From assembly GCA_963664435.2 (NCBI GenBank), contig CAXXKM010000003.1, positions 1,504,001 through 1,568,000 of the forward strand: a stretch of DNA of 64,000 bases, in the 5' to 3' direction. The notes below the pieces were generated by a model. It was not told the DNA's origin. It did not search any database and was given only the letters and a program-made list of their open reading frames with translations. The stretch comes from Longimicrobiales bacterium (GTDB lineage Bacteria > Gemmatimonadota > Gemmatimonadetes > Longimicrobiales > Gaopeijiaceae). The position numbers were made by a program, and so were the translations under genes. The stretch's first letter is position 1; each line of letters starts with the position of its first letter. Below, in pieces: positions 45,865-55,832 of this stretch.

Positions 45865-46902
45865 TCAAGGCCGGAACCGCACCCACTTCGTCATGCGCCG
45901 CTGGCTGACCTCCGCGCCGTACACGTTGCCCTCGTCGTCCACCGCAACGCCCTCCGGCCCGCTGAACCCCATTACGTTGGCGCGGTCGTCGGGCAGGAAG
46001 AAGTGTACCCATCCCTGGTTCGCGTCGCCGATGCGGATGCCCTTCTCCCAGCCGGCGTTGCGCTGCCCGGTGAACTCGTTGGGCGCCGGGCTCGACTCGG
46101 AGTCGGCCACGTAGATGTTGTCGTCGGCGTCGATGTAGATGCCGCTCGGCCGCCCGAACTGGGTCCAGATGGCGAGGAAGTTACCCTCCTGGTCGAAGAG
46201 CTGGATGCGGTTGTTGTAGCGGTCGCCGACGAAGATGCGGCCCTGCGAGTCCATCGCCAGGGCGTGCGGGTCGCGGAACTGCCCGGGCCCGTAGCCCAGC
46301 TCGCCCCAGGTCTCCATGTAGGTGCCGTCCGCCGCGAAGCGCACCACCCGGCCCCTGGTGCGGTCGTGCGAGTCCGCCACGTAGATCTGGCCGTTGGGTG
46401 CGACCAGCACATCCGACGGCTGGGTGAAGTGGGTGGGCGGATCGCCGGCCTCTCCGGGCGTCCCTAGCGTCATCAGCAGCTCGCCCTCCGGCGAGAACTT
46501 GAGCACCGAGTGCCCCGTCGTGGTGGCGCCGGTCCGCCACGCATCGGTCACCCAGACGTTGCCCTCATGGTCCACGTCGATCCCGTGCGGCCACGCGATC
46601 ATGCCGCCCCCGAAGCTGCGCAGCAGGTTGCCCTCCTTGTCGAAGAGGAGGATGGGATCGACATCCGAGCCCACACAGGTGTTGGCGCCACAGCGCTCGG
46701 CAACCCAGATGTTTCCGTCCAGCGCGATCTCCACCGCGCTCGTCGAACCCCATTCCCTTCCGTCAGGGAGCTCCCCCCATCCGTAGATCGGCCGGAAGGG
46801 GTTCGTGGTCACCGACTGGGCCTGCAGTGACGAAACCGCGACGGCGAGTGCCGCGACGGTGAAAATTCCAGAAGCGATCGTGGCGCGCGTCCATCCAGTC
46901 AT
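45865..46902 (-). CDS. NHL-repeat / PAL-like beta-propeller, exported
   Basis: Signal peptide, PHGIDVD, GNVWVTD, PSDVLVAPNGQIYVAD, DRYNNRIQLFD. Confidence 0.88.
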   Translation of the reverse strand: MTGWTRATIASGIFTVAALAVAVSSLQAQSVTTNPFRPIYGWGELPDGREWGSTSAVEIALDGNIWVAERCGANTCVGSDVDPILLFDKEGNLLRSFGGGMIAWPHGIDVDHEGNVWVTDAWRTGATTTGHSVLKFSPEGELLMTLGTPGEAGDPPTHFTQPSDVLVAPNGQIYVADSHDRTRGRVVRFAADGTYMETWGELGYGPGQFRDPHALAMDSQGRIFVGDRYNNRIQLFDQEGNFLAIWTQFGRPSGIYIDADDNIYVADSESSPAPNEFTGQRNAGWEKGIRIGDANQGWVHFFLPDDRANVMGFSGPEGVAVDDEGNVYGAEVSQRRMTKWVRFRP

Positions 46903-47096
46903 CTGTCGGGTCTCCGGGTTTGTGCGGTGGGTGCCTGGCTGACAGCGGTCGGAACGAAGACAACTCGCGCCGAGTCCTGCCGATGGATAAGAGACGGTAG
47001 ACATCCCGGAGCCCGGCGACAAGTACGCCCGGTCAGGACACCGGGACAACGGTGCCCGGATCGGCCTGTGTCTCTATAGCCGGCTCGCGCCTTCCG

Positions 47097-47486
47097 CTAG
47101 CCCCCACTCCGCCACGCCGCCGCCAGCCCCCGGTCGAACGTCATGAGTTTGCGCGGCTTTCTCCGGATGCAGCAGGCCAGGTGCACCAGGTCGCGGGCCT
47201 CGAGACCGCGGTGCCGAGCCGACAGGTTGCGCGCCAACTCGACGTCGGCCTCGTCGACGGGCCAGACGTCGTCCACCGTGGAACCGACCAGGTCGAAGGC
47301 CGCGTCGAGCAGCGGCCGCCTGTCCCGGCGCAGGTAGTGATGGAGGAGTTCCTGGAGCACTTCGGCCGAAGTTACGAGGGGTCTGTCCCGTTTCCGTGAC
47401 CGAATGAAGAAGTCCCTGGCTTCCTTCCGCAGGGGATGGTCGGCGCCCACGAAATACATGAAGACGTTGGCGTCAACGAAGATCAT
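47097..47486 (-). CDS. vapC: PIN-domain (VapC) toxin
   Basis: MIFVDANVFMY, EVLQE, ARDLVHLA, TFD. Confidence 0.88.
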   Translation of the reverse strand: MIFVDANVFMYFVGADHPLRKEARDFFIRSRKRDRPLVTSAEVLQELLHHYLRRDRRPLLDAAFDLVGSTVDDVWPVDEADVELARNLSARHRGLEARDLVHLACCIRRKPRKLMTFDRGLAAAWRSGG

Positions 47487-47755
47487 GTGATGTCGTAGTC
47501 CGGATAACGCGTCTCGACGAGGGTCTTCTTGATTTCCGGCCAGTCCAGCTCCCGCGCGCCGGGCGGGTGACGCGCGTCGCACCTGGCCGCGAACTCGTGC
47601 AACTCCTGAACCGTGAACTTGCGCGGGCGCGCCGTCGCCAGCTTCTCCTCGGCGGCCTCACGCAGCCACTCCCCGAGGGACTTGCCTTCCCGCCGGGCTT
47701 GGGTCTGGTACGCCATCTTGGCGGCCTCCTTCACGACGAAGTGAATTCGGGACAT
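47483..47755 (-). CDS. antitoxin (RHH-like)
   Basis: MSRIHFVV...ARREGKSLGEWLREAA; 4-bp overlap with vapC. Confidence 0.75.
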   Translation of the reverse strand: MSRIHFVVKEAAKMAYQTQARREGKSLGEWLREAAEEKLATARPRKFTVQELHEFAARCDARHPPGARELDWPEIKKTLVETRYPDYDIT

Positions 47756-47849
47756 GGCATTCGCGGGACCAGAGGTTTCAGCTGAAACGCTTTCGCGACT
47801 CGTCCGGGCGACGCATCGAGCGAAATCCGGGGGGTCGCGGCGACGTAAG

Positions 47850-47870
47850 ATGCACCGTGATATGGTGCAT
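47850..47870. promoter_or_regulatory. palindromic operator candidate upstream of second vapBC
   Basis: ATGCACC-N7-GGTGCAT. Confidence 0.45.
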
Positions 47871-48023
47871 GCGCCACACTTTTGCACAATATTCGGTCGC
47901 CGTCAAGTGCCTCGGCCCACAGGCAAGACAGGGTTCCCGAGCCCGCGGGCGGGGAGCTCCTCAGTTGGCTTTCCGCGGGAGCACGACTTGCGCGACAGAG
48001 TCGCCGCGTGCCTCGGCACACGA

Positions 48024-50483
48024 CTACCGCGCGCCGCCCGCCTCCAGCCTGCCATCCACGAACACCCACCCGGGCACTACGCGGTAATCGAAGGGATGCC
48101 CCTCCAGGATGACGAAGTCGGCGTCCTTGCCCGTATCGATGCTGCCGATGCGGTCGTCGACGTCGAGGAGTTCGGCGGCGTTGAGCGTCGCCATCCGAAG
48201 CGCGTCCACCTCGGGCACGCCGTTGCGGAAAGCCCACGCCGAGTTGAGGATGGGCTCGCCACCCAGGCGCCCGATGGGCGAGGCGCGCCGTGACGCCCCC
48301 GGGCCGTAGAACGCGACCTTCACGCCCGCGCGATTGAGGATGGCGGGCCCCTCCACGCTCCAGCCTTCGCCGCCGCCGCGGATGTCCGAAGCATAGCTCC
48401 CGGAGTTGCCCAGGATGACGCCCACATCGGCCGCCGCCAGCCGGTCCGCCAGCCGGTGCGCCTCCACGCCGCCGGTGACCACCAGCCGCAGGCCGAAGTC
48501 CTCCGCGATGCTCAGCGCCTCCTCGATCTCCGCCACCCGGTCGGCGTGGATCATCGCCGGCACCTCCCCCCGGAGGAGCGGCAGGAGTGCCTCCATGCGT
48601 GCGTCGTATTCGCGCCCCGCGGCGGCTTCGGCGTAGGCTCTCGCCGCGTCGAGCGTCTCGCGGATCATCACAGCGGCGCTCTCGAGCGTCAGCGCCGCCC
48701 CCCATTGGTCCGTCCACTCCCGCAACGCCGAAGCCGTCAGAGCGAACACCATGCTGGCCGGCTCCCGGCGCACCATCTTCTCGAAGTCGAGGCCGGGCGT
48801 CTTCACCACCACCCCGTTGCCCCCGGCCAGGTTGCGCGTCCCGGGCGTAACGTGGATGGCGGTCACCCCGATGGCCGTGTTCACCCGGTACGACGGGAAC
48901 CAGGGGTCGACCGCGTACAGCGCGTTCATTTCCGGAACGATCGGCGCGGTGATCTCGTCGTTCTGCACCTGCCACTTGAGGTCGCCGATCCAGTCGTTGG
49001 CGAAGGCGCGCGCGATCACGGTGCCAGGCATGACCACCCGCCCCCCCACATCCATGACCGGGACGCCGGCCGGCGGGTCAGCACCGCCCACCACTTGCGT
49101 GAACCGGCCATCCTCGACCACCAGGGTCGCGTTCTCGATCGCCCCGCCGCTCACGGTGAACACATGCGCCCCGGTGATGGCGAACGTCTCGTCGGCGGCG
49201 GTGATCGCGCCGGTCACCGGCGTGAACGGCCCAACGGTCCGCGGCCGCTCGGGCTGCAACACCCGGCCGCGCTCGTACTCCATCCGGCCGTCCACGAACA
49301 CCCGCTCCACCCGGTCCGCGGTGAGGTCCAGGAAGTGCCCGTCGAGCAGGACCAGGTCGGCGTCCTTCCCCGCCTCGATGCTTCCCACCCGGTCCTGGAG
49401 CATCATCGCCCGGGCCCCGTTGATGGTCATCACCTCGAGCGCCTGCTGGTCGGTCAGGCCGTGGCGCGCCAGGAACGCCCCGTATTCGCGGAAGTCCTTG
49501 AAGTGCTGGTTCGACATGTCGGTCTGGATGCTCGCGTACACGCCCGCGTCCAGCAGGTCCTTCAACAGGTTGAGGGGCTCCGGATCGTTGTAGTACTGGA
49601 CGATCATCATGGGCCCGATCACCGGCACGATCTCCGTCCCCGCGAGCATCTCCGTGAGCGGGAAGATCTCCTCCGCGTGCGCCAGCGCCAGCCGGTCGAA
49701 GAAGCCGTACTTGCGCGCCAGGCGGAACACCATCATGACCTCGCTGGGATAGTGCGAGTGCGCGTGCACCATGACTTCGCCCCGGATCACGGCCGCGAAC
49801 GCCTCCAGGCGCTCGTCCCGCTCGGGCGCCGGACCCTCCCCGCCCGCGTGCGCATCCTGTTGCTCGACGTAGATCTGCGCGCGCCGGAAGTAGTCGTCCG
49901 CAGTTGCGTACCACCCCATCACCGTCTGCGGGGTCTCCCCGGGACGCAGGTTGATCAGCGGCCGGACGGCCATCTTCAGATCCACGTAGGGCTTGAAGAT
50001 CATCTCCGGCCCCGGCGTGCTCTTCATCTTGAGCGCCACCGACTGGCCGCTCGAGATGATGCCGCTCCCCGAGCGCGTGATGAGCGAGGTGATGCCGCCC
50101 GACAGCGCCACCTGGATCATGGGATCCTCCAGGTCCAGGTGCTCCACGGCCTTCCACTCGGCGGTCACCGGGCCCGGGATCCGCGTGCGGCTGGAGCGGT
50201 CCAGGGCCAGGTGCGCGTGCGCGTCGATCATCCCCGGAATCACGACTTCGGCCTCGTACACGCGAGCGTCCGCGGGAGCGTTCACCGACGCGCCCACCGC
50301 CTCGATGACCCCGTCCCGGATCAGGATCTCGCCGTCCTGAATCGTGCCGCTGGTGACGGTGTGAATCGTTCCCGCGCGGATGACGACGGGCCCGGACTGT
50401 GCCGACGCTCCGCCGGGGGAAACCCCCACCACACCCGTGGCCAGCGTCAGGATGGACAGGCTGCGCATGCCGTTCCGAGTCAT
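48024..50483 (-). CDS. exported tandem amidohydrolase-domain protein
   Basis: Signal peptide; PGMIDAHAH; two GSI(E/D)xGKDAD motifs. Confidence 0.85.
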   Translation of the reverse strand: MTRNGMRSLSILTLATGVVGVSPGGASAQSGPVVIRAGTIHTVTSGTIQDGEILIRDGVIEAVGASVNAPADARVYEAEVVIPGMIDAHAHLALDRSSRTRIPGPVTAEWKAVEHLDLEDPMIQVALSGGITSLITRSGSGIISSGQSVALKMKSTPGPEMIFKPYVDLKMAVRPLINLRPGETPQTVMGWYATADDYFRRAQIYVEQQDAHAGGEGPAPERDERLEAFAAVIRGEVMVHAHSHYPSEVMMVFRLARKYGFFDRLALAHAEEIFPLTEMLAGTEIVPVIGPMMIVQYYNDPEPLNLLKDLLDAGVYASIQTDMSNQHFKDFREYGAFLARHGLTDQQALEVMTINGARAMMLQDRVGSIEAGKDADLVLLDGHFLDLTADRVERVFVDGRMEYERGRVLQPERPRTVGPFTPVTGAITAADETFAITGAHVFTVSGGAIENATLVVEDGRFTQVVGGADPPAGVPVMDVGGRVVMPGTVIARAFANDWIGDLKWQVQNDEITAPIVPEMNALYAVDPWFPSYRVNTAIGVTAIHVTPGTRNLAGGNGVVVKTPGLDFEKMVRREPASMVFALTASALREWTDQWGAALTLESAAVMIRETLDAARAYAEAAAGREYDARMEALLPLLRGEVPAMIHADRVAEIEEALSIAEDFGLRLVVTGGVEAHRLADRLAAADVGVILGNSGSYASDIRGGGEGWSVEGPAILNRAGVKVAFYGPGASRRASPIGRLGGEPILNSAWAFRNGVPEVDALRMATLNAAELLDVDDRIGSIDTGKDADFVILEGHPFDYRVVPGWVFVDGRLEAGGAR

Positions 50484-50538
50484 TGGTCGTTCTCCTTCTT
50501 CAAACGGACGCCGGAGTCATGCCCCGACTCCGGCAGAT

Positions 50539-52278
50539 TCATCTGCTCTCCACGCGATCCAGGAATGGCGCCACCTCCAGCAGCACGATGTCGTCGCGCC
50601 TCCGCAGTTCGCGCAGGAAGGGGCCCTTGTGGCCCGCGCCGTAGGTCAGCAGAAAGCGAGCCCCCTCGCCCCGGTGCCGGTCGAGCGCGCGCTCGATGTT
50701 CGCCCAGTGCGAGGCGTTGATGGCGTCCCAGCCTCCCGGACCCAGGTCGGCGTCGAAAAGACGCGCGTACGCCTGCATGCGGATGTCGTAGGCTTCGTCG
50801 TAGGCATCGGTGTGGATCCAGCGGGGATCGTCCCCTGCGCCGGCGGCCAGCGCCTCGGCCGAAGCCGCCGCCGCGGCCTGGTATTCGGCCCACGATTCAG
50901 CCCGCTCCGGGTCGCGCGAGTACGCATCGAGATACGCCGCCCGGAAGTCGGACATCGGCTCCGTCCATCCCGCCGTGGGGATGACCTGGAAGTCCAGCTC
51001 GCGCGTCAGCGGAAAGAGCCCATCCATGTATTCCGGAAAGAGGCGCGTGCGGGGCTCCTCGACGGTCCCCGAAGCCCGGTATTCGGACCAGGCCCGGTCC
51101 CAGCGGTTCGGCGGGATCTCGGTGAGCCAGTAGTCGGGATCGATTTCGCGGATCAGGTCCCGGACGACCTCGAGGCTGAAGGCTTCGCTGGTGACGTGCC
51201 CGCCGTGGATCATGCCCAGGACGACGACTTCGCTGGCGAGGGAAGGGACATCGCCCGGAGCCGGAATCAACTCCACCAGGGTGCCCGAGATCTCGTTGGC
51301 GACGAACACCCGCTCGCCGTCCGGGTGCGCCCGCACCACGATGGGCTGCTCCCCCACCTCGAGGGTCTGCACGACCGCCCGCGATGCCAGATCCACCACC
51401 GAAACGGTGCTCCCGCCCGCGTTGTTGACCACGGCGTGGCGGCCGTCGCCGGGGACGACCACGGAAAAGGGCCGCGGACCGAGTCCCTCGGACACACGGC
51501 CGGTGACCGCGAAGGATGCCGTGTTCACGAACACCAGCTCGTTCGATTCGCCGCACGCCACGACGTAGGTGACCTGGTCGGGCGTGAGCGCGCCCCCGGG
51601 CGGGCCGGGACACACCTCAACCGTGGCGTCGGTCTCCATGTTCAGCAGGTCGATCACCGACACCGTGCCCGCATCCAGGTTGGGTAGGAAGGCGTGCGAG
51701 CCGTCCCACATGACGTCGGCCGGGTAGGGCCGTTCGCCGGTCTGGTGAGACGTGATGGGCACGCCGGACTCCGCGTCCACGACCCACAGCAGGTCCGCGA
51801 ACTCGGAAGTGACCCAGGTGCGTCCCCGCACCGTCCCCGGTGAGAACAGCGACGGGCCCGAGCCCACGTTCCATACGGCACCGTCCACGATTCGTCCCTC
51901 GGCGTCGAGCCTGATGAGGGTCGAGTCGCGGAACTGGCTCACGAGCCAGCCATCGCCCACCCGTACCAGGTCGAGCGGGGTCGAACCCGCGTCCCAGCGA
52001 GCCACGACCGCGCCCGCGGCGAGATCCACGACCCCGATTTGCCCGTCCCCGCTCAGCGCGACGTACGCCGTGTCGCCGTCGCCGCTGAACCGGACGCCGT
52101 GGGGGGCCGCGCCCACCTCGATCGTGGCGCCGATTCGGAATGGCCCCCGCGTCTCGCCGGACGGGCCTGTCTCCCGGCATCCCGGCGCCGCCACGATCGC
52201 GGCCGCCACCGCGACAACCCTGCACGCGGCGACGACGGGGGATCCAGGTGGCCGGCCTCGGAAATGATCCGTCATCAA
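50539..52278 (-). CDS. YncE/YVTN beta-propeller lipoprotein with C-terminal GxxH domain
   Basis: Lipobox-like APGC, VGxxP/TVSVIDL repeats, VVLGMIHGGH...YGAGH. Confidence 0.7.
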   Translation of the reverse strand: MMTDHFRGRPPGSPVVAACRVVAVAAAIVAAPGCRETGPSGETRGPFRIGATIEVGAAPHGVRFSGDGDTAYVALSGDGQIGVVDLAAGAVVARWDAGSTPLDLVRVGDGWLVSQFRDSTLIRLDAEGRIVDGAVWNVGSGPSLFSPGTVRGRTWVTSEFADLLWVVDAESGVPITSHQTGERPYPADVMWDGSHAFLPNLDAGTVSVIDLLNMETDATVEVCPGPPGGALTPDQVTYVVACGESNELVFVNTASFAVTGRVSEGLGPRPFSVVVPGDGRHAVVNNAGGSTVSVVDLASRAVVQTLEVGEQPIVVRAHPDGERVFVANEISGTLVELIPAPGDVPSLASEVVVLGMIHGGHVTSEAFSLEVVRDLIREIDPDYWLTEIPPNRWDRAWSEYRASGTVEEPRTRLFPEYMDGLFPLTRELDFQVIPTAGWTEPMSDFRAAYLDAYSRDPERAESWAEYQAAAAASAEALAAGAGDDPRWIHTDAYDEAYDIRMQAYARLFDADLGPGGWDAINASHWANIERALDRHRGEGARFLLTYGAGHKGPFLRELRRRDDIVLLEVAPFLDRVESR

Positions 52279-52409
52279 GTATCGTACCTCCGCCGACCTG
52301 GCCGCGCGGTCAATCCCGCCCCTGCCGCCGGCCGCTTGTGAAACAGGCGTTCATAGTGTCAAGTAATCAGGTGCGGCGCATCCAACCCACCAACCCGGAC
52401 ATCCCGCGA

Positions 52410-53144
52410 ATGCCATCTTCCCGCCACGACCTCCATCTTCACGAACAGCTTCTGCTCCTGGTGCTGCGCGACCGCAAGGGGACGGTGGACTACCGCGCCG
52501 GCTTCTACAATCTCGCCATGGGCGGAGCCATCCTCGCCGAACTCGCGCTTGCGGGGGTCATTCGCATCGAGGAGAGCAAGAAGGCGTTCGTCGAAGCCGC
52601 GCCGGTTACGGGCCATCCGCGGGACGAGATCATGGCCGAGGCCCTCGACCGGGTGCGCAATTCGAAGAGACGTCGCCGCGCCTCCGCCTGGGTCTCGACC
52701 TTCGGCAACCTCAAGCGCCTCCGGCACCGGACCGCACTCGGGCTCTGCCGGCGGGGCATCCTGCGCACGAAGGAGTCTCAGATCCTGCTGGTCTTCAGGC
52801 GCAAGCTCTATCCCACCATCGATCCGGGGCCCGAGCGCAAGCTGATCGCAAGCCTGCGGGACGCCGTCATGGACGATGGCGAGATCGAGGCCGGGCTGGG
52901 CGTCGTGCTCTCCCTGGCCCACGCCACCGGCTCTCTCCGGATCCACTTCGAGCGCAAGGAACTCAAGGTGCGCAAGGCGCGCCTGAAGGCCATCACTGCC
53001 GGAGAGCCCTTCACGGTCGGCACCGGTCACCCCGCCATTGCGGCCCGGAAGGCGGTCAGGGCATCGGTTGCGGCTGCCCAGGCCGCGGTGGCCGCCGCCG
53101 AGGCCGCGGTCGTGGCCAGCATCGCCGCGTCCTCGTCGAGCTGA
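52410..53144 (+). CDS. GOLPH3/GPP34 family protein
   Basis: LHEQLLLLVLRD, GAILAELALAG, RGIL, LYP. Confidence 0.8.
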   Translation: MPSSRHDLHLHEQLLLLVLRDRKGTVDYRAGFYNLAMGGAILAELALAGVIRIEESKKAFVEAAPVTGHPRDEIMAEALDRVRNSKRRRRASAWVSTFGNLKRLRHRTALGLCRRGILRTKESQILLVFRRKLYPTIDPGPERKLIASLRDAVMDDGEIEAGLGVVLSLAHATGSLRIHFERKELKVRKARLKAITAGEPFTVGTGHPAIAARKAVRASVAAAQAAVAAAEAAVVASIAASSSS

Positions 53145-54164
53145 TCAGGCGGGCTGCAGCTCCCTCAGGTCCCTGAACCGGATCAGCCGGCGCCGGTCCT
53201 CGTCCCACAGCGCCAGGTTGATGAGCCTCAGGGTGTCCCGAACGCGGACTTCGCGCACCGCATGGAACTCCTCGTTCTCCTCGTGCGCCCGCCGGAGCTT
53301 GTAGTTGGGGATGCGCATGCTCATGTGGTGCACGTGGTGGAAGCCGATGTTCGCCGAAAGCCATCTGAACGGAGCAGGAAGGTTGAGATACGAGCTTCCG
53401 TAAAGTGAAGCGTCGTAGTAGTCCCAGTCTTCGTGCCTGTCCCAGTAGGTCCGCTCGAACTGGTGCTGCACGTAGAACATCCAGACGCCGGCCATGGAAG
53501 CGATCAGCTGCACGGGTGCGTGAGTCAGCAGAAGACGCCCGTATCCAATCGTCTCGCCCAGCAGCAACACCACCGCCACCAGCGCCACGTTCGTCCAGAA
53601 CACGCTCTGCCAGGCCTTCTTCCACTTCGCCGGGGCATCCCAGGGGAACCTGTGCTTCATCAGGAAGATGAACAGGGGCCCCAGCACGAAGAGCACGAAC
53701 GGATGCCGGTACAGCCTGTAGCGCAGCCGGCGATACCAGGGCCAGGACAGGTATTCTCGCACCGTGAAGGTGTCGATGTCGCCGAAGCCGCGAAAATCCA
53801 GGTCGCCCGAGTGGGCGTGGTGGTAGGCGTGGGCGCGCTTCCAGTAGTCGTACGGCGTCAGGAGCAGAACGCCGATGCAGCGCCCCAGCCACTGGCGCGC
53901 CGTGTGCGAGCGGAAGAAGGATCCGTGCCCGCAATCGTGCTGGATCATGAAGAGCCGCATCATGAAGGCGGCCGTGGGAAGTGCCAGCAGGATGGTGAGC
54001 CAGTATCCTACCTCGAGACTGCGCAGGGTGGCATACCAGAGCCCCACGAAAGGGATGGCGGAGGTGAGCAGCTGTCGAACGCTGGCGCGGGTGTCAGGGC
54101 CCCAGTACGGCTTGAGGATGGCGTTCCAGCGGGCGACCTTGTCGCGGTCGGGCACAATCGGCAT
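53145..54164 (-). CDS. membrane fatty-acid desaturase
   Basis: His boxes HDCGH, HAYHH, HHVHH; YVQHQFE. Confidence 0.93.
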   Translation of the reverse strand: MPIVPDRDKVARWNAILKPYWGPDTRASVRQLLTSAIPFVGLWYATLRSLEVGYWLTILLALPTAAFMMRLFMIQHDCGHGSFFRSHTARQWLGRCIGVLLLTPYDYWKRAHAYHHAHSGDLDFRGFGDIDTFTVREYLSWPWYRRLRYRLYRHPFVLFVLGPLFIFLMKHRFPWDAPAKWKKAWQSVFWTNVALVAVVLLLGETIGYGRLLLTHAPVQLIASMAGVWMFYVQHQFERTYWDRHEDWDYYDASLYGSSYLNLPAPFRWLSANIGFHHVHHMSMRIPNYKLRRAHEENEEFHAVREVRVRDTLRLINLALWDEDRRRLIRFRDLRELQPA

Positions 54165-54228
54165 GGTCTGGTACGGTAAGGGGAACCGGGTGGGGTGGGT
54201 TGTTGACCCCGGGGCAGTGACGCGGCGC

Positions 54229-55827
54229 TCAGCGCCGGATCATCTCCCCGGGCAGAGGCGGAGCGTGCACCGGATCGCGGCGCACCCGGGTCGCCTGCTC
54301 GAACGCGTAGCCCAGCGCAAAAAGACGGGATTCGCTGAAGGGCCGGCCGAAGAACGAGATCCCGACCGGCAGCCGGTTGCTCGTATAGCCGGCCGGCACG
54401 ATCAGGTCGGGCAGCCCGCTCAGGTTGGCGAGGTTGGTGGCGGACGGTGAAGGGTTGGGTGACGACGAACCCCGGTACACCCCTGCCTGGCCGGGTCGGG
54501 TCGGGGAGGTGGGGTAGACGATGGCGTCGAGGTCGTTGGCGTCCAGCAGCCCCTCCAGGTTCGCGCGCACCAGCGGCAGACCGTGGTCGCGCATCGCCCT
54601 GTACAGGTAGTCGTCGGGCGTGCCGGTGTTCAGCTCCTGCTCGAAGAGGCGCCAGCGGGTGGGGTTGGGCACGCCGCCCTCCGGGGGCGCCGCGAGAATC
54701 TTCGTGGCGCGCTCGATCATCTCCTCGAGCGTGCGCGGATACCCGGGCGCCAGGTCGGCGAGGTACGCCTCGATCTGCGGCTTGAACTCGCGCCAGCGGA
54801 TGGTCTGGTAGTACTGCGCCTTGGCCTGGAGCAGCCATGGCGGGTAGCGTACGTCCACCACCGTCGCCCCGGCGGCGCGCATGGCCTCCAGCCCCGCTTC
54901 GATGATCCAGTCGACCTCGTCGTCGTAGCCGAGAAAGTCGCGCGCGACGCCGATGCGGGCTCCGTCCAGCGCGTCCGCGTCCAGGAAGGCGGTGTAGTCG
55001 GTCTCGGAGCGGCCTTCGCTGGCCTCCGTCGCCTCGTCGGCGGGGTCCACGCCGACCATCACGTTCATCATCGCCGCGACATCGTAGACGTGGCGCGCCA
55101 TCGGACCGGCCGTGTCGAAGGAGAGCGCGAGGGGCACGATGCCGTCGCGGCTGAGCAGCCCGTGGGTGGGCTTGAGCCCGGCGATGCCGTTGGCGGTGGA
55201 GGGGCCGCGCACGGAGCCTCCGGTGTCGGTGCCGATCCCGAGCTGCCCGTACGAGGCGGCGACAGCCACGCCGGTCCCGCCGGAGGAGCCGGACGGGTTG
55301 CGGGTCAGGTCGTGCGGATTCCGCATGGGGCCGCCGACGGAACTGAGCTGCACCCCTGAGGCGAACTCGCTCATGTTGACCTTCGCCAGGATGATGGCGC
55401 CGGCGTCCCGCAGCTTCTGCACGATGAAGGCGTCGTCGGGCGGGACGGAGCCCTTCAGCAGGAGCGAGCCCGCGGTGGTCGGCATGTCGTCGGTGTCAAC
55501 GTTGTCCTTGAGCAGCACCGGGATGCCGTGCAGGAGGGAGCGAGGCCCCCGGCTCCGTCGCTCTTCGTCAAGCGCCCGCGCCGTCTCGAGCGCCCGCGGG
55601 TTGAGCGTCAGGATGGCGTTGAGCCTCGGCCCCCGGGCGTCGTACGCCTCGATGCGCGCCAGGTAGAGTTCGACCAGCTCCTCCGAGCTGAGCGAGCCCG
55701 CGTCGAAGGCCGCGTTGATGTCGGCGATGGTGGCCTCGGACAGGGCTATGGACTGGGCGTCAGCGCCCACAGGCAGGACGGCCGCAGCCAGCCAGACGAG
55801 CGCGCGGCGGATCGAGAAGCGATTCAT
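54229..55827 (-). CDS. amidase signature family protein, exported
   Basis: LHGIPVLLKDN, SGSSGG, GTDTGGSVRGP. Confidence 0.92.
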   Translation of the reverse strand: MNRFSIRRALVWLAAAVLPVGADAQSIALSEATIADINAAFDAGSLSSEELVELYLARIEAYDARGPRLNAILTLNPRALETARALDEERRSRGPRSLLHGIPVLLKDNVDTDDMPTTAGSLLLKGSVPPDDAFIVQKLRDAGAIILAKVNMSEFASGVQLSSVGGPMRNPHDLTRNPSGSSGGTGVAVAASYGQLGIGTDTGGSVRGPSTANGIAGLKPTHGLLSRDGIVPLALSFDTAGPMARHVYDVAAMMNVMVGVDPADEATEASEGRSETDYTAFLDADALDGARIGVARDFLGYDDEVDWIIEAGLEAMRAAGATVVDVRYPPWLLQAKAQYYQTIRWREFKPQIEAYLADLAPGYPRTLEEMIERATKILAAPPEGGVPNPTRWRLFEQELNTGTPDDYLYRAMRDHGLPLVRANLEGLLDANDLDAIVYPTSPTRPGQAGVYRGSSSPNPSPSATNLANLSGLPDLIVPAGYTSNRLPVGISFFGRPFSESRLFALGYAFEQATRVRRDPVHAPPLPGEMIRR

Positions 55828-55832
55828 GGGCC

